From sequence record SRR22947725_1116: a stretch of 48,897 nucleotides of DNA, one strand, 5' to 3'. Both the position numbers and the translations under genes were made by a program. Of the stretch, positions 7,634 through 17,723 are shown piece by piece; the stretch's first letter is position 1, and every line of letters starts with the position of its first letter. Below the pieces are notes generated by a model that ran no database searches, was not told the origin of the DNA, and worked only from the letters and a program-made list of their open reading frames with translations.

Positions 7634-9130
7634 ATGAAGATTGTATTAGCAATGATGCAGCATGAAACGAATACGTTTTCACTATTACCAACAGATTTAG
7701 ATGCTTTTAGCAGAGTTATTGGATTGAAGAAACCGCCTTCAGGTACTCAAGCTATTGAATTATATGGTGATGCCGATATGGCGTTTGCAGGATTACTCGA
7801 TACAGTTCGCTCATATGAAGTTGAATATGAAGTTCCTATTGCGGCGTATTCTGAGCCTAGCGGAATTGTTAATGATGATGCATTTAATTTCATTTGCAAT
7901 AAAATTTGTAATGCTGTTAAAAATGGCTGTGATGCTGTCTTATTAGACTTACATGGGGCAATGGTCACTGAGAGTTATGATGATGGAGAGGGTGAATTAT
8001 TACGTCGTATTCGAAAAACTGCTCCCAATATACCAATTGCCGTTGCATTAGACTTTCATGCTAACGTTACTTTAACCATGGTAGAAAACTGTAATGTCAT
8101 TGATGGCTATCGAACCTACCCACATATTGACATGAGAGAGACTGGTAGGAGGGCTGCGCAGACTTTACTGTATTGTCTGGATAAAGGTATGGAAACTAAA
8201 ATTTGCTGGCAGCCACTTCCGATGATGGTGCATATGATGATGCAAGCAACTTGGCATCAGCCCATGAAAGATATTATGGAATTAGCAATTCAAGGAGTTA
8301 ATAATAGCGATATTCTCAATGCATCAGTTTTTGGTGGTTTTGCTTATGCTGATATTCCCCATGTTTCTTTGAGCGTGTTAACTGTTGAATCAGTTGATAG
8401 TAGTTTTGGGAAGGATTTAGTGAGTCAAGTCTGTGCTATGGCTTGGGAGCGTCGTTATGATTTTATCTATAAACCATTGCCATTATCTGAATCCATTGAA
8501 AAAGCTAAAAAAAATTACTCTTATCCAGTGCTAATTGTTGATCATGGAGATAATACTGGCTCCGGAGGTAGTGCTGACGATATGAGTGTTTTAGCTGAAA
8601 TGTTGAGACAGGGGCTATCTGGAATTATTGTTGCACCAATCCGTGACCCAGAGGCAGTTGATCAATTAATCAATTGTGGAGAAGGCAATGAGACGACTCT
8701 AACAGTTGGCGGTAAATATTCTGTACCCTCTATCAATCAAATTGGACGTGGTCTCAATTGTACGGGTATTGTTAAAAAAATTACTGATGGTTGTTTTACA
8801 ATTACATCACCAGTTCAAACGGGTCTCAAGGTTTGTCTGGGTCGGACTGTTGTTTTTGATATTGGTTCAGCAACAATTGTAATAACTGAGGAGGGATGGG
8901 AGCCATATGGGCCAGAACTTTTTATGCATGGAGGGTTAATTCCAGAAGAAAGTCAGTTTATGTTGATTAAATCTCGTGTCCATTTCAGGGCTGGGTTTGA
9001 ATCAGTTACTAATAACATTATTATGGCAGCAGGTCCTGGTGTCTGTAGTTCAGATTACTCTCAGTTTAATTTTTCTCGACTTCCAAAACCAATGTTTCCA
9101 TTTGACAAAAAAATGAATTTAATAATATAA
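7634..9130 (+). CDS. M81 family (MlrC-like) metallopeptidase/amidohydrolase
   Basis: HETNTFS, LDLHGAMV, DGEGELL, LDFHAN, YRTYPHID, DNTGSGG, KSRVHFRAGF. ATG at 7634 preferred over TTG at 7628. Confidence 0.92.
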   Translation: MKIVLAMMQHETNTFSLLPTDLDAFSRVIGLKKPPSGTQAIELYGDADMAFAGLLDTVRSYEVEYEVPIAAYSEPSGIVNDDAFNFICNKICNAVKNGCDAVLLDLHGAMVTESYDDGEGELLRRIRKTAPNIPIAVALDFHANVTLTMVENCNVIDGYRTYPHIDMRETGRRAAQTLLYCLDKGMETKICWQPLPMMVHMMMQATWHQPMKDIMELAIQGVNNSDILNASVFGGFAYADIPHVSLSVLTVESVDSSFGKDLVSQVCAMAWERRYDFIYKPLPLSESIEKAKKNYSYPVLIVDHGDNTGSGGSADDMSVLAEMLRQGLSGIIVAPIRDPEAVDQLINCGEGNETTLTVGGKYSVPSINQIGRGLNCTGIVKKITDGCFTITSPVQTGLKVCLGRTVVFDIGSATIVITEEGWEPYGPELFMHGGLIPEESQFMLIKSRVHFRAGFESVTNNIIMAAGPGVCSSDYSQFNFSRLPKPMFPFDKKMNLII

Positions 9131-9142
9131 TCTCTTACAATA

Positions 9143-9205
9143 AGTGAAGCATAGTGAAGCACTTTTTTTATTATTCTGCTTCATCTATTTCAATAATGCG
9201 AAATT
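9143..9205 (+). promoter_or_regulatory. Repeat-structured regulatory region upstream of the ABC substrate-binding gene
   Basis: AGTGAAGCA twice with a 10-bp period (9143-9151, 9153-9161), an inverted TGCTTCA (9177-9183), then TGCGAAATT (9197-9205). Confidence 0.5.
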
Positions 9206-9351
9206 ATAAAATTACCTAGATTGGTGTATTATTAAATTGTAACAAAAATGTCAATTCTTGAAATCTTAGTCTAGATGATATAAGCTATTGATTATAGAGC
9301 ATATTAATTTATGGTCTTTAAAGATTTATTTTTCAAAAAAAAGGAGAAAAA

Positions 9352-10887
9352 ATGAAAATTAAAACAGTATTAATTGCTCTATTTATGAGTGTATTTGGGC
9401 TTTCCAGCTTGTCTGCTTTCGCAGCGGATGCTGTTAAAGTTAGAGCTTACGCTGATCTCAAAAGTCTTGATCCTGCTTTTTCAGGTGGTGTTTTTGATGA
9501 GGAGATTCAAAGTCTTATTTATAGTAAGCTTATTCAATATAAACCTGGCAGAGAATGGGGTTATGTTTTAGATGCAGCTGAGTCAATCGAGCAGACTAGT
9601 CCAACTACAATCGATTTTAAATTAAAAGAAGGCATTATGTTCACCAATGGTTTTGGTGAAATGACTGCTGAAGATGTAAAGTATTCTTATGAGCGTATTG
9701 TGGATAGTGAAGTTGGATCTACTAACTCACCTGATTGGGGCCCGCTTAAAGAAGTAGTTGTTAATAGTAAATATGAGGGCACAATTGTGTTTGATGAGCC
9801 TTATCCACCAGCTTGGACTATTGCTTTGCCATATATTGTAGGCAATATTGTTAGTAAAAAAGCCTGGGAATCTGTAGACGGTAAAGTAGGTACTTCAACA
9901 CCTAGTGTTTCAGGACCTTATTTATTTAAAGAGTGGCAACCGAAGCAAAAAACTATTTTTGTAAGGAATCCTGAATGGCATGGTGGAGAAGCATCACTTG
10001 ATGAAATTCATATTATCCCAATAGATGATGAAAATACAGCTCAATTGGCATTTGAAGCGGGTGATATTCACTATACTCGCGTTCCTATGAGCTCAGTAGC
10101 TAATCTGAAAGATTCACCACCAGCAAACTCAATGGTTGAAGAATATCCATCACTTTACTATGTTTGGGTCGGAATGAATGTTGAAAATGAACTCTTGTCT
10201 AATCAGAACTTGAGAAAGGCGATTCAACATGCTATTGATGTGCCATCAATTATGCAAGCTTCTTACTTTGGTGCAGCAGTTCCATCGACTGGAATTATTG
10301 CCCCAGGTCTAACGGGCCATCGAGCTGAAAGTCTTGTGGCTCCTGAGGCTAATGTTGCCAGGGCTAAGGAATACCTAGATGCTTCCGGACTATCAGGGAA
10401 TATTAGGGTAACACTAGATATTTTAAATAAGGCAGCCAATGTGACTACTGCTCAAGTAATTCAGGCGAACCTTGCACAGGTTGGCATTACACTTGATATC
10501 AATTTGCATGAATCTGGTGCTTTCTGGTCACTTGGAGATGACACTGCAGGAGATCGATATAAGGATATTCAGTTAATCCTTAATCGCTACTCAATGGGGC
10601 CTGATCCTTCATATGCTACAGCGTGGTTTGTTACCTCGCAAAAAGGTGTTTGGAACTGGGAACGTTATAGTGATGCTGCATTTGATACGTTAGAAGCTGC
10701 AGCAAAGTCAGAGGTCGATAATAATAAGCGTGACCAAATGTATCAGCGTATGCAGGATATGATGGAGAACAGTGGAGCATATCGCTTTTTAACTCATGAG
10801 GCGACACCTGTTATTTATAGTAAGTCAATTAGCCCTGCATTCAGGCCTGACGGACTTCCACTTTTCCGATATTTTTCTAGTAACTAG
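9352..10887 (+). CDS. ABC transporter substrate-binding protein, family 5 (Dpp/Opp-like)
   Basis: Signal peptide ending AFA; SLDPA, TAEDVKYSYER, GPY, RKAIQHAID; strong AAGGAG SD. Confidence 0.93.
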   Translation: MKIKTVLIALFMSVFGLSSLSAFAADAVKVRAYADLKSLDPAFSGGVFDEEIQSLIYSKLIQYKPGREWGYVLDAAESIEQTSPTTIDFKLKEGIMFTNGFGEMTAEDVKYSYERIVDSEVGSTNSPDWGPLKEVVVNSKYEGTIVFDEPYPPAWTIALPYIVGNIVSKKAWESVDGKVGTSTPSVSGPYLFKEWQPKQKTIFVRNPEWHGGEASLDEIHIIPIDDENTAQLAFEAGDIHYTRVPMSSVANLKDSPPANSMVEEYPSLYYVWVGMNVENELLSNQNLRKAIQHAIDVPSIMQASYFGAAVPSTGIIAPGLTGHRAESLVAPEANVARAKEYLDASGLSGNIRVTLDILNKAANVTTAQVIQANLAQVGITLDINLHESGAFWSLGDDTAGDRYKDIQLILNRYSMGPDPSYATAWFVTSQKGVWNWERYSDAAFDTLEAAAKSEVDNNKRDQMYQRMQDMMENSGAYRFLTHEATPVIYSKSISPAFRPDGLPLFRYFSSN

Positions 10888-10898
10888 TAAGTCTACTT

Positions 10899-10932
10899 GG
10901 AAGGCCTGAATCCTCAGGCCTTCCTTATTTCT
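10899..10932 (+). terminator. Stem-loop after the SBP gene (intrinsic terminator or mRNA stabiliser)
   Basis: GGAAGGCCTGA-ATCC-TCAGGCCTTCC (11-bp stem) followed by TTATTTCT. Confidence 0.8.
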
Positions 10933-11056
10933 TAAAAATCAATAGAATTAAAAAGAGTTAATAAAAGAAACTTCAGTATAGTCTTAAGTTCAAATCAAGA
11001 GATTTTTTATAATTAATTTCATTTTCTTTTACTCGGAGCTAAATTAGATAAATACT

Positions 11057-12001
11057 GTGTTATTTTATTTTATAAAACGAATCTTTCTTGGTATTTTGAT
11101 CATTGGAGTGGCCATGACTCTAATGTTTTGTATGATTCATCTTGTACCAGGTGATCCAGCCAGAATTATGCTTGGTCCGAGGGCAACTCCAGAAATGATA
11201 GCTGATATTTCAATTCGGATGGGTCTTGACCAGCCCTTAGTCATTCAACTCATTAAGTTTTTAGGTAATATTCTTAAAGGTGACTTGGGTGTTGATGTTT
11301 TATCTAGTCGACCGGTAGCAGAAATTGTTTTTGGTCAATTACCTTATACACTTTGGCTTATTTTCAGTGCCATTTTTGGTGCAATGCTTATTGGAATACC
11401 TCTTGGTTGTTACTCAGCCTTGCATCGCAACACATTCGCAGATCGAGTTACTGGTGTTATTTCTGTCGCTTGCATTACTGCACCTTCATTTGTTGTTGCA
11501 TTGTATTCATTGCTTATTTTTGCCGTTACTCTTAAGTGGTTCCCTGCAATAGGTGCGGGAGAAAAAGGAGATTTCTTTGACCAGGCAGCTCATCTTGTCT
11601 TGCCAGCATTTGCAATTGGTATATCTTGGGTTGGCTATTTATCTCGCTTAGTTCGTGCATCGATGCTTGAAGTGTTAGGTGAAAATCATATCCGAACAGC
11701 CAGAGCATATGGGTTAACTGAGTTTACTATTGTTTATCGTTATGCTTTAAAGATTGCGATATTACCAACAATTACAGTTATTGGAGTAGGCATGGGCTTT
11801 CTAATATCAGCTGCAGTATTAACTGAAGTTGTGTTTGCTCGTCCTGGCCTCGGTAAGTTAATTATTGAATCCATTACAACCCGAAATTATCCTGTAGTAA
11901 TGGGGTCCGTATTTATCAGTACAGGTTTGTTTGTCATTAGTACAACAATATCAGATCTAGTAAACGCTTCGTTAGATCCTCGAATCAGAGATAACTTGTA
12001 A
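11057..12001 (+). CDS. Peptide ABC transporter permease (DppB/OppB-like)
   Basis: PGDPA, GLDQP, RASMLEVL..HIRTARAYGL (EAA region), DPRIR. Confidence 0.94.
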   Translation: MLFYFIKRIFLGILIIGVAMTLMFCMIHLVPGDPARIMLGPRATPEMIADISIRMGLDQPLVIQLIKFLGNILKGDLGVDVLSSRPVAEIVFGQLPYTLWLIFSAIFGAMLIGIPLGCYSALHRNTFADRVTGVISVACITAPSFVVALYSLLIFAVTLKWFPAIGAGEKGDFFDQAAHLVLPAFAIGISWVGYLSRLVRASMLEVLGENHIRTARAYGLTEFTIVYRYALKIAILPTITVIGVGMGFLISAAVLTEVVFARPGLGKLIIESITTRNYPVVMGSVFISTGLFVISTTISDLVNASLDPRIRDNL

Positions 12002-12002
12002 G

Positions 12003-12845
12003 GTGGTTATGAAAGGTGTAATCAAAAAAATATCTTCAGATCCACTTGGATTAATTGGACTATGCTTAGTTACCTTAATGGTAATCAGTGCATTAGGTGC
12101 GCCAATATTTGCTCCTTATGATCCAATTCAACTTAATATCATGGAACGTCTTCAAGGGCCATCAGTTAATCACCTGCTGGGTACTGATCAGCTTGGAAGG
12201 GACTTATTTTCAAGAGTACTATTTGGTGGTCAGGTAGCTTTAAAGGTTGCATTTCTAACAATTGGATTAGCTCTAATTGTGGGAATCGTACTAGGATTGA
12301 TTGCTGGTTACGGCCCAGCTTGGCTTGATAATTCTATTATGCTTTTATTTGATACTATTCGTTCAGTTCCTACTATTATGTTAGCACTAGCTGCAGTTAC
12401 AGTGGTAGGACCCTCTATAACTACGGTAATTTTTGTAGTTGCTGTGAGTTCAATACCAAATTATGGTCGTATTGTTCGAACTCAAACACTGACTCTTAAA
12501 TCGAAGGACTTTGTCAAGGCAGAAAAGCTAATGGGTGCATCATTACTAAGAATCCTATCAATACATTTATTGCCAAATATCCTTGGCCCACTTCTCATTC
12601 TCGCATCAATGGATATCCCAACCGTTATTGCATTAGAGGCAGGTTTGAGTTTTCTTGGTATGGGTGTTAAACCGCCAACACCTTCCTGGGGTAGTATTCT
12701 GAATGATGGCTTCTCTTTAATTAGAAATACGCCTTGGCCTATTATTGCCGGTTCGATTCCATTAGTTTTAGCCACACTTGGCTTTACTTTTCTTGGTGAA
12801 TCATTGCGTGATTTGCTCGACCCCAAGCTTAGAAAATTATTATGA
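12003..12845 (+). CDS. Peptide ABC transporter permease (DppC/OppC-like)
   Basis: HLLGTDQLGRDLFSR, EAGLSFLGMG..PPTPSWG, LRDLLDPK. Confidence 0.94.
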   Translation: MVMKGVIKKISSDPLGLIGLCLVTLMVISALGAPIFAPYDPIQLNIMERLQGPSVNHLLGTDQLGRDLFSRVLFGGQVALKVAFLTIGLALIVGIVLGLIAGYGPAWLDNSIMLLFDTIRSVPTIMLALAAVTVVGPSITTVIFVVAVSSIPNYGRIVRTQTLTLKSKDFVKAEKLMGASLLRILSIHLLPNILGPLLILASMDIPTVIALEAGLSFLGMGVKPPTPSWGSILNDGFSLIRNTPWPIIAGSIPLVLATLGFTFLGESLRDLLDPKLRKLL

Positions 12846-13810
12846 GTGATAACATTCTAAAAATTCGTGATTTGTCGGTTAATTATCAAACTGATCGAGG
12901 CAAATTGAAAGCCTTAAGAAATATTGATCTTGATATATCAAGGGGTTCAATTGTTGGTGTAGTTGGTGAGAGTGGTTGTGGGAAGTCCACTTTGATTACG
13001 TCAATTATTCGCCAGCTTGATTCTAATGCTGATATTCCTAATGGCTCAATTGAGTTTGAAAAACAGGATCTTCTGAAGCTTTCACTGGATAAAATGCGCA
13101 ATATTTCTGGCACTCAGCTTTCAATTGTATTTCAGGACCCAATGTCTACACTAAATCCAGTGCTATCAATTGGTCGTCAGATGATGGATATTCAGTATCG
13201 AGATAAGACTAGTAAGAAGATAAAAAAACAACGCTCTATTGATATGCTGAACAAAGTAGGCATACCAGATCCTCAGAGCCAGCTAAAGCAATACCCTCAT
13301 GAGTTATCAGGAGGGATGCAGCAGCGTGTATCGATTGCTATGGCATTGCAGGCTGGACCATCTCTACTAATTGCAGACGAACCCACCACTGCACTTGATG
13401 CGACTCTCGAGGTTCAGATACTTAAATTGTTAAAAGAGCTTCAGGAGGAAATGGGTTGCTCAATATTATTCGTTTCCCACCACCTTGGAGTAATAGCTGA
13501 ACTATGTGATCATGTAATAGTTATGTATGCGGGTGAGATTGTTGAGCAGGGGAGTACTTATGAAATATTCAATAATCCAGCTCATCCGTATACAGTTAAA
13601 TTATTAGAATGTGACCCTGCTAGTATTTCAAAAAAACAACGCTTGTTGCCTTCAATTCCTGGAGAAATACCGGATCTAACAAATTTATCTGGAGGTTGTA
13701 TATTTAAAAACCGTTGTGATCAATCTATAGATCGCTGTGATAAACAAACTCCAAAATGGAATGTGTTTTCAAACAATCATTATGTTAGTTGTCACTTGAT
13801 AGAATCATGA
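12842..13810 (+). CDS. Peptide ABC transporter ATP-binding protein (DppD-like)
   Basis: GESGCGKS, FQDPM, LSGGMQQR, ADEPTTALD, HPYT, C-terminal Cys motif; ATGA overlap with the upstream gene. Confidence 0.95.
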   Translation: MSDNILKIRDLSVNYQTDRGKLKALRNIDLDISRGSIVGVVGESGCGKSTLITSIIRQLDSNADIPNGSIEFEKQDLLKLSLDKMRNISGTQLSIVFQDPMSTLNPVLSIGRQMMDIQYRDKTSKKIKKQRSIDMLNKVGIPDPQSQLKQYPHELSGGMQQRVSIAMALQAGPSLLIADEPTTALDATLEVQILKLLKELQEEMGCSILFVSHHLGVIAELCDHVIVMYAGEIVEQGSTYEIFNNPAHPYTVKLLECDPASISKKQRLLPSIPGEIPDLTNLSGGCIFKNRCDQSIDRCDKQTPKWNVFSNNHYVSCHLIES

Positions 13811-14787
13811 ACAACATACTTTCAATTAAGAATCTTCGTGTTCGCTTTAGAGCTAAGTCAACATTGCAGGGAATGCTTCAGAAAATAGATGATCCATTCA
13901 TTGATGCAGTCAGAAAGGTTTCATTAGATATTAAGCAGGGAGAAACCTTTACCCTGGTTGGTGAGAGTGGTTCGGGGAAATCAACCTTAGCTTTAGCTAC
14001 TGCTGGCTTACTTACTGCTAAAGAAGGCCAAATTAAGTTTATGAATGAAGATGTGACCAATATGACACCATCGCAAATAATGGCTTATCGAAAAAAAATT
14101 TCATTTATTTGGCAAAATTCAATCGGCTCACTTAGTCCAAGGATGAGTGTAGGCTCTTTAATAACTGAAGGTTATAAAATACATAACCTTAAAGATCGAG
14201 ATCTAAAAATGGAGGCAGATCGATTACTAAAACTGGTTGGATTGCCCACAAATATTAAAGAGCGTTATGCCCATGAACTAAGTGGTGGCCAAGCTCGTCG
14301 TGTTGGCGTTGCAAGAGCTATAGCGCTTGATCCTAAGCTAATTATTGCTGATGAGCCAACAGCAGGTCTTGATGTTTCAGTGCAAGGTGAGATATTGAAC
14401 TTACTTAACAAGCTGAGGGATGACTTAGGAGTCAGTTTGTTTGTCATTACTCATAATTTAAATATTGTAAGACATATCTCTGATAGAACTGCGGTAATGT
14501 ATCTAGGTCGATTTGTCGAACAAGGTAAAACAGACGATATCTTTGCAAAGCCTAGACATCCATATACCCTAGCATTATTATCTGCAAATCTAACACCTTA
14601 TCAAGAAACAAGTTTAGAAAATAGAATCGAGCTTGCAGGCGAGGTTCCTAGCCTAATGGATCGTCCGAATGGATGTGAGTTTCATACAAGATGTCCGTTT
14701 TCTAGCAAACATTGTGATAATGAGTTTCCACCAATTCATACTTTTGATAATCATCAAATGTTGACCTGTCACTACCCTCTAAATTAG
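13807..14787 (+). CDS. Peptide ABC transporter ATP-binding protein (DppF-like)
   Basis: GESGSGKS, LSGGQARR, ADEPTAGLD, HPYT, GCEFHTRCP. Start at ATG 13807 (ATGA coupling with the upstream stop). Confidence 0.94.
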   Translation: MNNILSIKNLRVRFRAKSTLQGMLQKIDDPFIDAVRKVSLDIKQGETFTLVGESGSGKSTLALATAGLLTAKEGQIKFMNEDVTNMTPSQIMAYRKKISFIWQNSIGSLSPRMSVGSLITEGYKIHNLKDRDLKMEADRLLKLVGLPTNIKERYAHELSGGQARRVGVARAIALDPKLIIADEPTAGLDVSVQGEILNLLNKLRDDLGVSLFVITHNLNIVRHISDRTAVMYLGRFVEQGKTDDIFAKPRHPYTLALLSANLTPYQETSLENRIELAGEVPSLMDRPNGCEFHTRCPFSSKHCDNEFPPIHTFDNHQMLTCHYPLN

Positions 14788-14796
14788 GAGTTAAAT

Positions 14797-16791
14797 ATGG
14801 GAGTAATTCATTCAAATCATTTTTGGATACCGATGCCAGATGGCACTAAACTTGGCGCTAAACTATGGACGCCAGATGGAAAAGACTCTTACCCAGCAAT
14901 CCTTGAGTATATTCCATATCGAAAAGACGATTCCACGGTTATACGGGATTCGAATACAATTGCTCATTTTGCTAAACACGGGTATGCCTGTATCCGAGTT
15001 GATATGCGCGGTTCTGGAAGCTCAGATGGCTTTAAAGACGATGAATATACTGATCAGGAAATAGATGATGGTGTAGCTGTTATCGATTGGATTGCTAGTC
15101 AGTCCTGGTGTAATGGTAAGGTCGGTACTATGGGTATCTCATGGGGTGGAATTACAGGATTACAACTTGCTCAGCGATCTCCTAAAGCACTTAAAACAAT
15201 TATCACATTAGGATCAACTGACCAGCGTTATTATGACGATGGTAGTTATTATATGGGCTGCATGGTAGGTCAAACTATAGGCTGGGGAGCGATTATGTTT
15301 GGATTTAATTCTCGACCTCCAGATCCTGAACTAGTTGGTGATAATTGGCAAACACTCTGGCATGAGCGACTTGAAAAAACACCACACTATCTTGAACGTT
15401 GGCTTAAACATCAACATAATAATGAGTATTGGCTGAACAACTCGGTAGATGTTAATTATTCTAAGATCAAAATACCAGTTTATGCCATAAGTGGACATGC
15501 AGATTGCTGGCCAAATACTGTACCTCGGTTGTTGAAGAATCTTGATGTGCCAACTCGTGGCTTACAAGGTCCATGGTGTCATCGGTATCCACACCTTGGG
15601 ATACCTGGGCCGACTGTGGATTTTCTTTCAGATGCGGTTCGTTGGTTTGATCACTGGTTAAAAGAAAAAGAAACTGGAGTGATGGATGAGGCTAAGTACC
15701 AAGTTTTTTTACAAGATAGTGTTAAACCAAAAACTTATTATGATAGTCGACCTGGCCGTTGGATTGGTCTATCGAGTTGGCCATCAGAACAAGTTGAAAC
15801 AAAGTGCTTCTATTTAAATCAAGAGGGTTTATCTTTTAACAAAATACCCAACCAAGCAATGAAAATTTTATCACCGCAAACGGTAGGTCAATTTTCAGGT
15901 GAATATATGCCTTGGTTTGCATTTGGAGTGGCTGAAGAATTACCTGGTAATCAGAATATCGAGGACTCCGGATCACTAGTTTTTGATACTGAACCTCTTG
16001 AGCTTCCTTTGGAAATTCTTGGCAATCCTTCTCTTGCCTTGCATTTGAGTAGCGATCAATCACAAGGACTTGTTGCAGTTAGGCTTTGTGATCTTTGGCC
16101 TGACGGTTCAAGTACACTTATTACTCGTGGTATTTTGAACTTGTCTCAGCGAAATGGAAAATCAAATCCTGAAGCAATGATTCCAGGGCAAGTTGAAGAA
16201 GTTATAGTTGAGTTGAACCATGTTGGTTACATCGTACCCAAAGGACATAAGCTTCGACTATCTATCTCTACGAGTTACTGGCCCATTGCTTGGCCTGCTC
16301 CAACTAACACTTGCTTAACGATTTATTCAAACTTAAGCTTATTAAAACTGCCAGTTCTTGGAAAAAATGTGTCTACTGAGGTAATTAAAGAATTCACTAA
16401 AAATAATTTACCTGAAGAGGACCCCACAATAACCATTCAAGAATTTAACCAAAATCGTCAATCTAGCTTTGATGCAAAGAGGAATGTGAATGTAATGGAA
16501 ATAAAAGCTGATAATGGAAAAATTAGAATTAAAGAGAGTGGAATGGAAATGGGATCAAAGTCTCTACATCGTTTTAGTATTAGTGAGTCTGACCCCCTGT
16601 CAGCTTGTGCTGAATATGAATGGGAATGGGAGTATGGGCGCGGTAATTGGCAAACAAAAACGCATACCTATACTAAAATCACTTCAGACTTAAATCATTT
16701 TTACCTGCATGCAGTTTTGATTGCGTGGGAGGATAATAAGCAGGTATTTAAAAAGGTTTGGGATGAGCAATTTAAAAGAGATCATTTTTAG
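14797..16791 (+). CDS. CocE/NonD family serine hydrolase, paralog 2
   Basis: WIPMPDG, LEYIPYRK, RVDMRGSG, GISWGG, SGHADCW, GPWCHRYP; AGGAG SD. Confidence 0.92.
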   Translation: MGVIHSNHFWIPMPDGTKLGAKLWTPDGKDSYPAILEYIPYRKDDSTVIRDSNTIAHFAKHGYACIRVDMRGSGSSDGFKDDEYTDQEIDDGVAVIDWIASQSWCNGKVGTMGISWGGITGLQLAQRSPKALKTIITLGSTDQRYYDDGSYYMGCMVGQTIGWGAIMFGFNSRPPDPELVGDNWQTLWHERLEKTPHYLERWLKHQHNNEYWLNNSVDVNYSKIKIPVYAISGHADCWPNTVPRLLKNLDVPTRGLQGPWCHRYPHLGIPGPTVDFLSDAVRWFDHWLKEKETGVMDEAKYQVFLQDSVKPKTYYDSRPGRWIGLSSWPSEQVETKCFYLNQEGLSFNKIPNQAMKILSPQTVGQFSGEYMPWFAFGVAEELPGNQNIEDSGSLVFDTEPLELPLEILGNPSLALHLSSDQSQGLVAVRLCDLWPDGSSTLITRGILNLSQRNGKSNPEAMIPGQVEEVIVELNHVGYIVPKGHKLRLSISTSYWPIAWPAPTNTCLTIYSNLSLLKLPVLGKNVSTEVIKEFTKNNLPEEDPTITIQEFNQNRQSSFDAKRNVNVMEIKADNGKIRIKESGMEMGSKSLHRFSISESDPLSACAEYEWEWEYGRGNWQTKTHTYTKITSDLNHFYLHAVLIAWEDNKQVFKKVWDEQFKRDHF

Positions 16792-16904
16792 TTTTATAGA
16801 TTTTTGCATTTCTTTTTGATGATTTTTAAATCACACATAATCTAATTTGAATTCTGAATTGTATAGTGTTATTCTATGTTGTTTAATCAGCAGATAAGTA
16901 AGTC

Positions 16905-17723
16905 ATGGTAAATGAAAATTTTTCTACAAATTTACGCTCAATTTGTAATGAACAAATTTCGGTTGCTCATGTTTGTCGAAAGATGGAGATTAATCGACAG
17001 CAATTCAATAAGTATTTAAGTGGTCAAATATATCCTTCAAAGCATAACTTAAATAAAATTTGTAAATATTTCCAATTTTCGGCAGAAGAGCTGAATCTAG
17101 AATCAGGGCAATTCGCCCAGATTACTCCTAAAAATCTTCAGTCAGAGCCACATTCTGAGAGGAGTGAGTTAGAAAACATTATTGATTCAATACCCAGTGA
17201 GAATAAGAGTTTATCCCGCTATGAAGGTTATTATTTCAATCACTTTCTTTCGTCTGGATTTCCTGGCTATCTAATTAGAAGCCTGATTCATATCTATCAA
17301 TATAAGAATAATTTTTACTCAACCAGTATTGAGCATCTATGGGACAAAGAAAATGGTGATACTCAACGAAATCGATTTAAATACAAAGGAGCTGTATTTT
17401 ATCTCGCTGATCGAATCTTTATTACTGAACTTGAAACACTCACTAATAACGTTATTCATCACACCATATTATGCCCTAGCTATAGAAATATTATAGACTC
17501 GCTATCAGGCATCTCAATGGGCGTAGGAAGCAGAAACTCACATATGCCTGCTGCAACTAGAGTTGAATACGTCTATTTAGGCAAGCAGATCAATATCAGA
17601 GAAACATTGGGGAATTGTGGCTTATTTAAATTAAATACCAAGTTGGTTGATTCTAATATCATAGCGAGAATCAATAATGAAATTAGTGATTCCGAATTTA
17701 TGTTAAGGGCTTACGATACCTAG
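16905..17723 (+). CDS. XRE-family HTH transcriptional regulator with a C-terminal putative sensing domain
   Basis: FSTNLR..C....SVAHVCRKMEINRQQFNKYLSG..YPS (Cro/C1-type HTH) plus a ~190 aa C-terminal domain. Confidence 0.85.
   Translation: MVNENFSTNLRSICNEQISVAHVCRKMEINRQQFNKYLSGQIYPSKHNLNKICKYFQFSAEELNLESGQFAQITPKNLQSEPHSERSELENIIDSIPSENKSLSRYEGYYFNHFLSSGFPGYLIRSLIHIYQYKNNFYSTSIEHLWDKENGDTQRNRFKYKGAVFYLADRIFITELETLTNNVIHHTILCPSYRNIIDSLSGISMGVGSRNSHMPAATRVEYVYLGKQINIRETLGNCGLFKLNTKLVDSNIIARINNEISDSEFMLRAYDT

Noticed and set aside
7634-9130. Microcystin degradation (mlr) cluster
   Set aside because: Only an M81/MlrC-family gene is present. There is no MlrA, MlrB or MlrD, and the family is widespread outside microcystin degraders.
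14098-14142. Atypical Q-loop (WQNSIGSLSPR) suggesting a degenerate DppF ATPase
   Set aside because: The Gln is retained, and Walker A, signature, Walker B and H-loop are intact.
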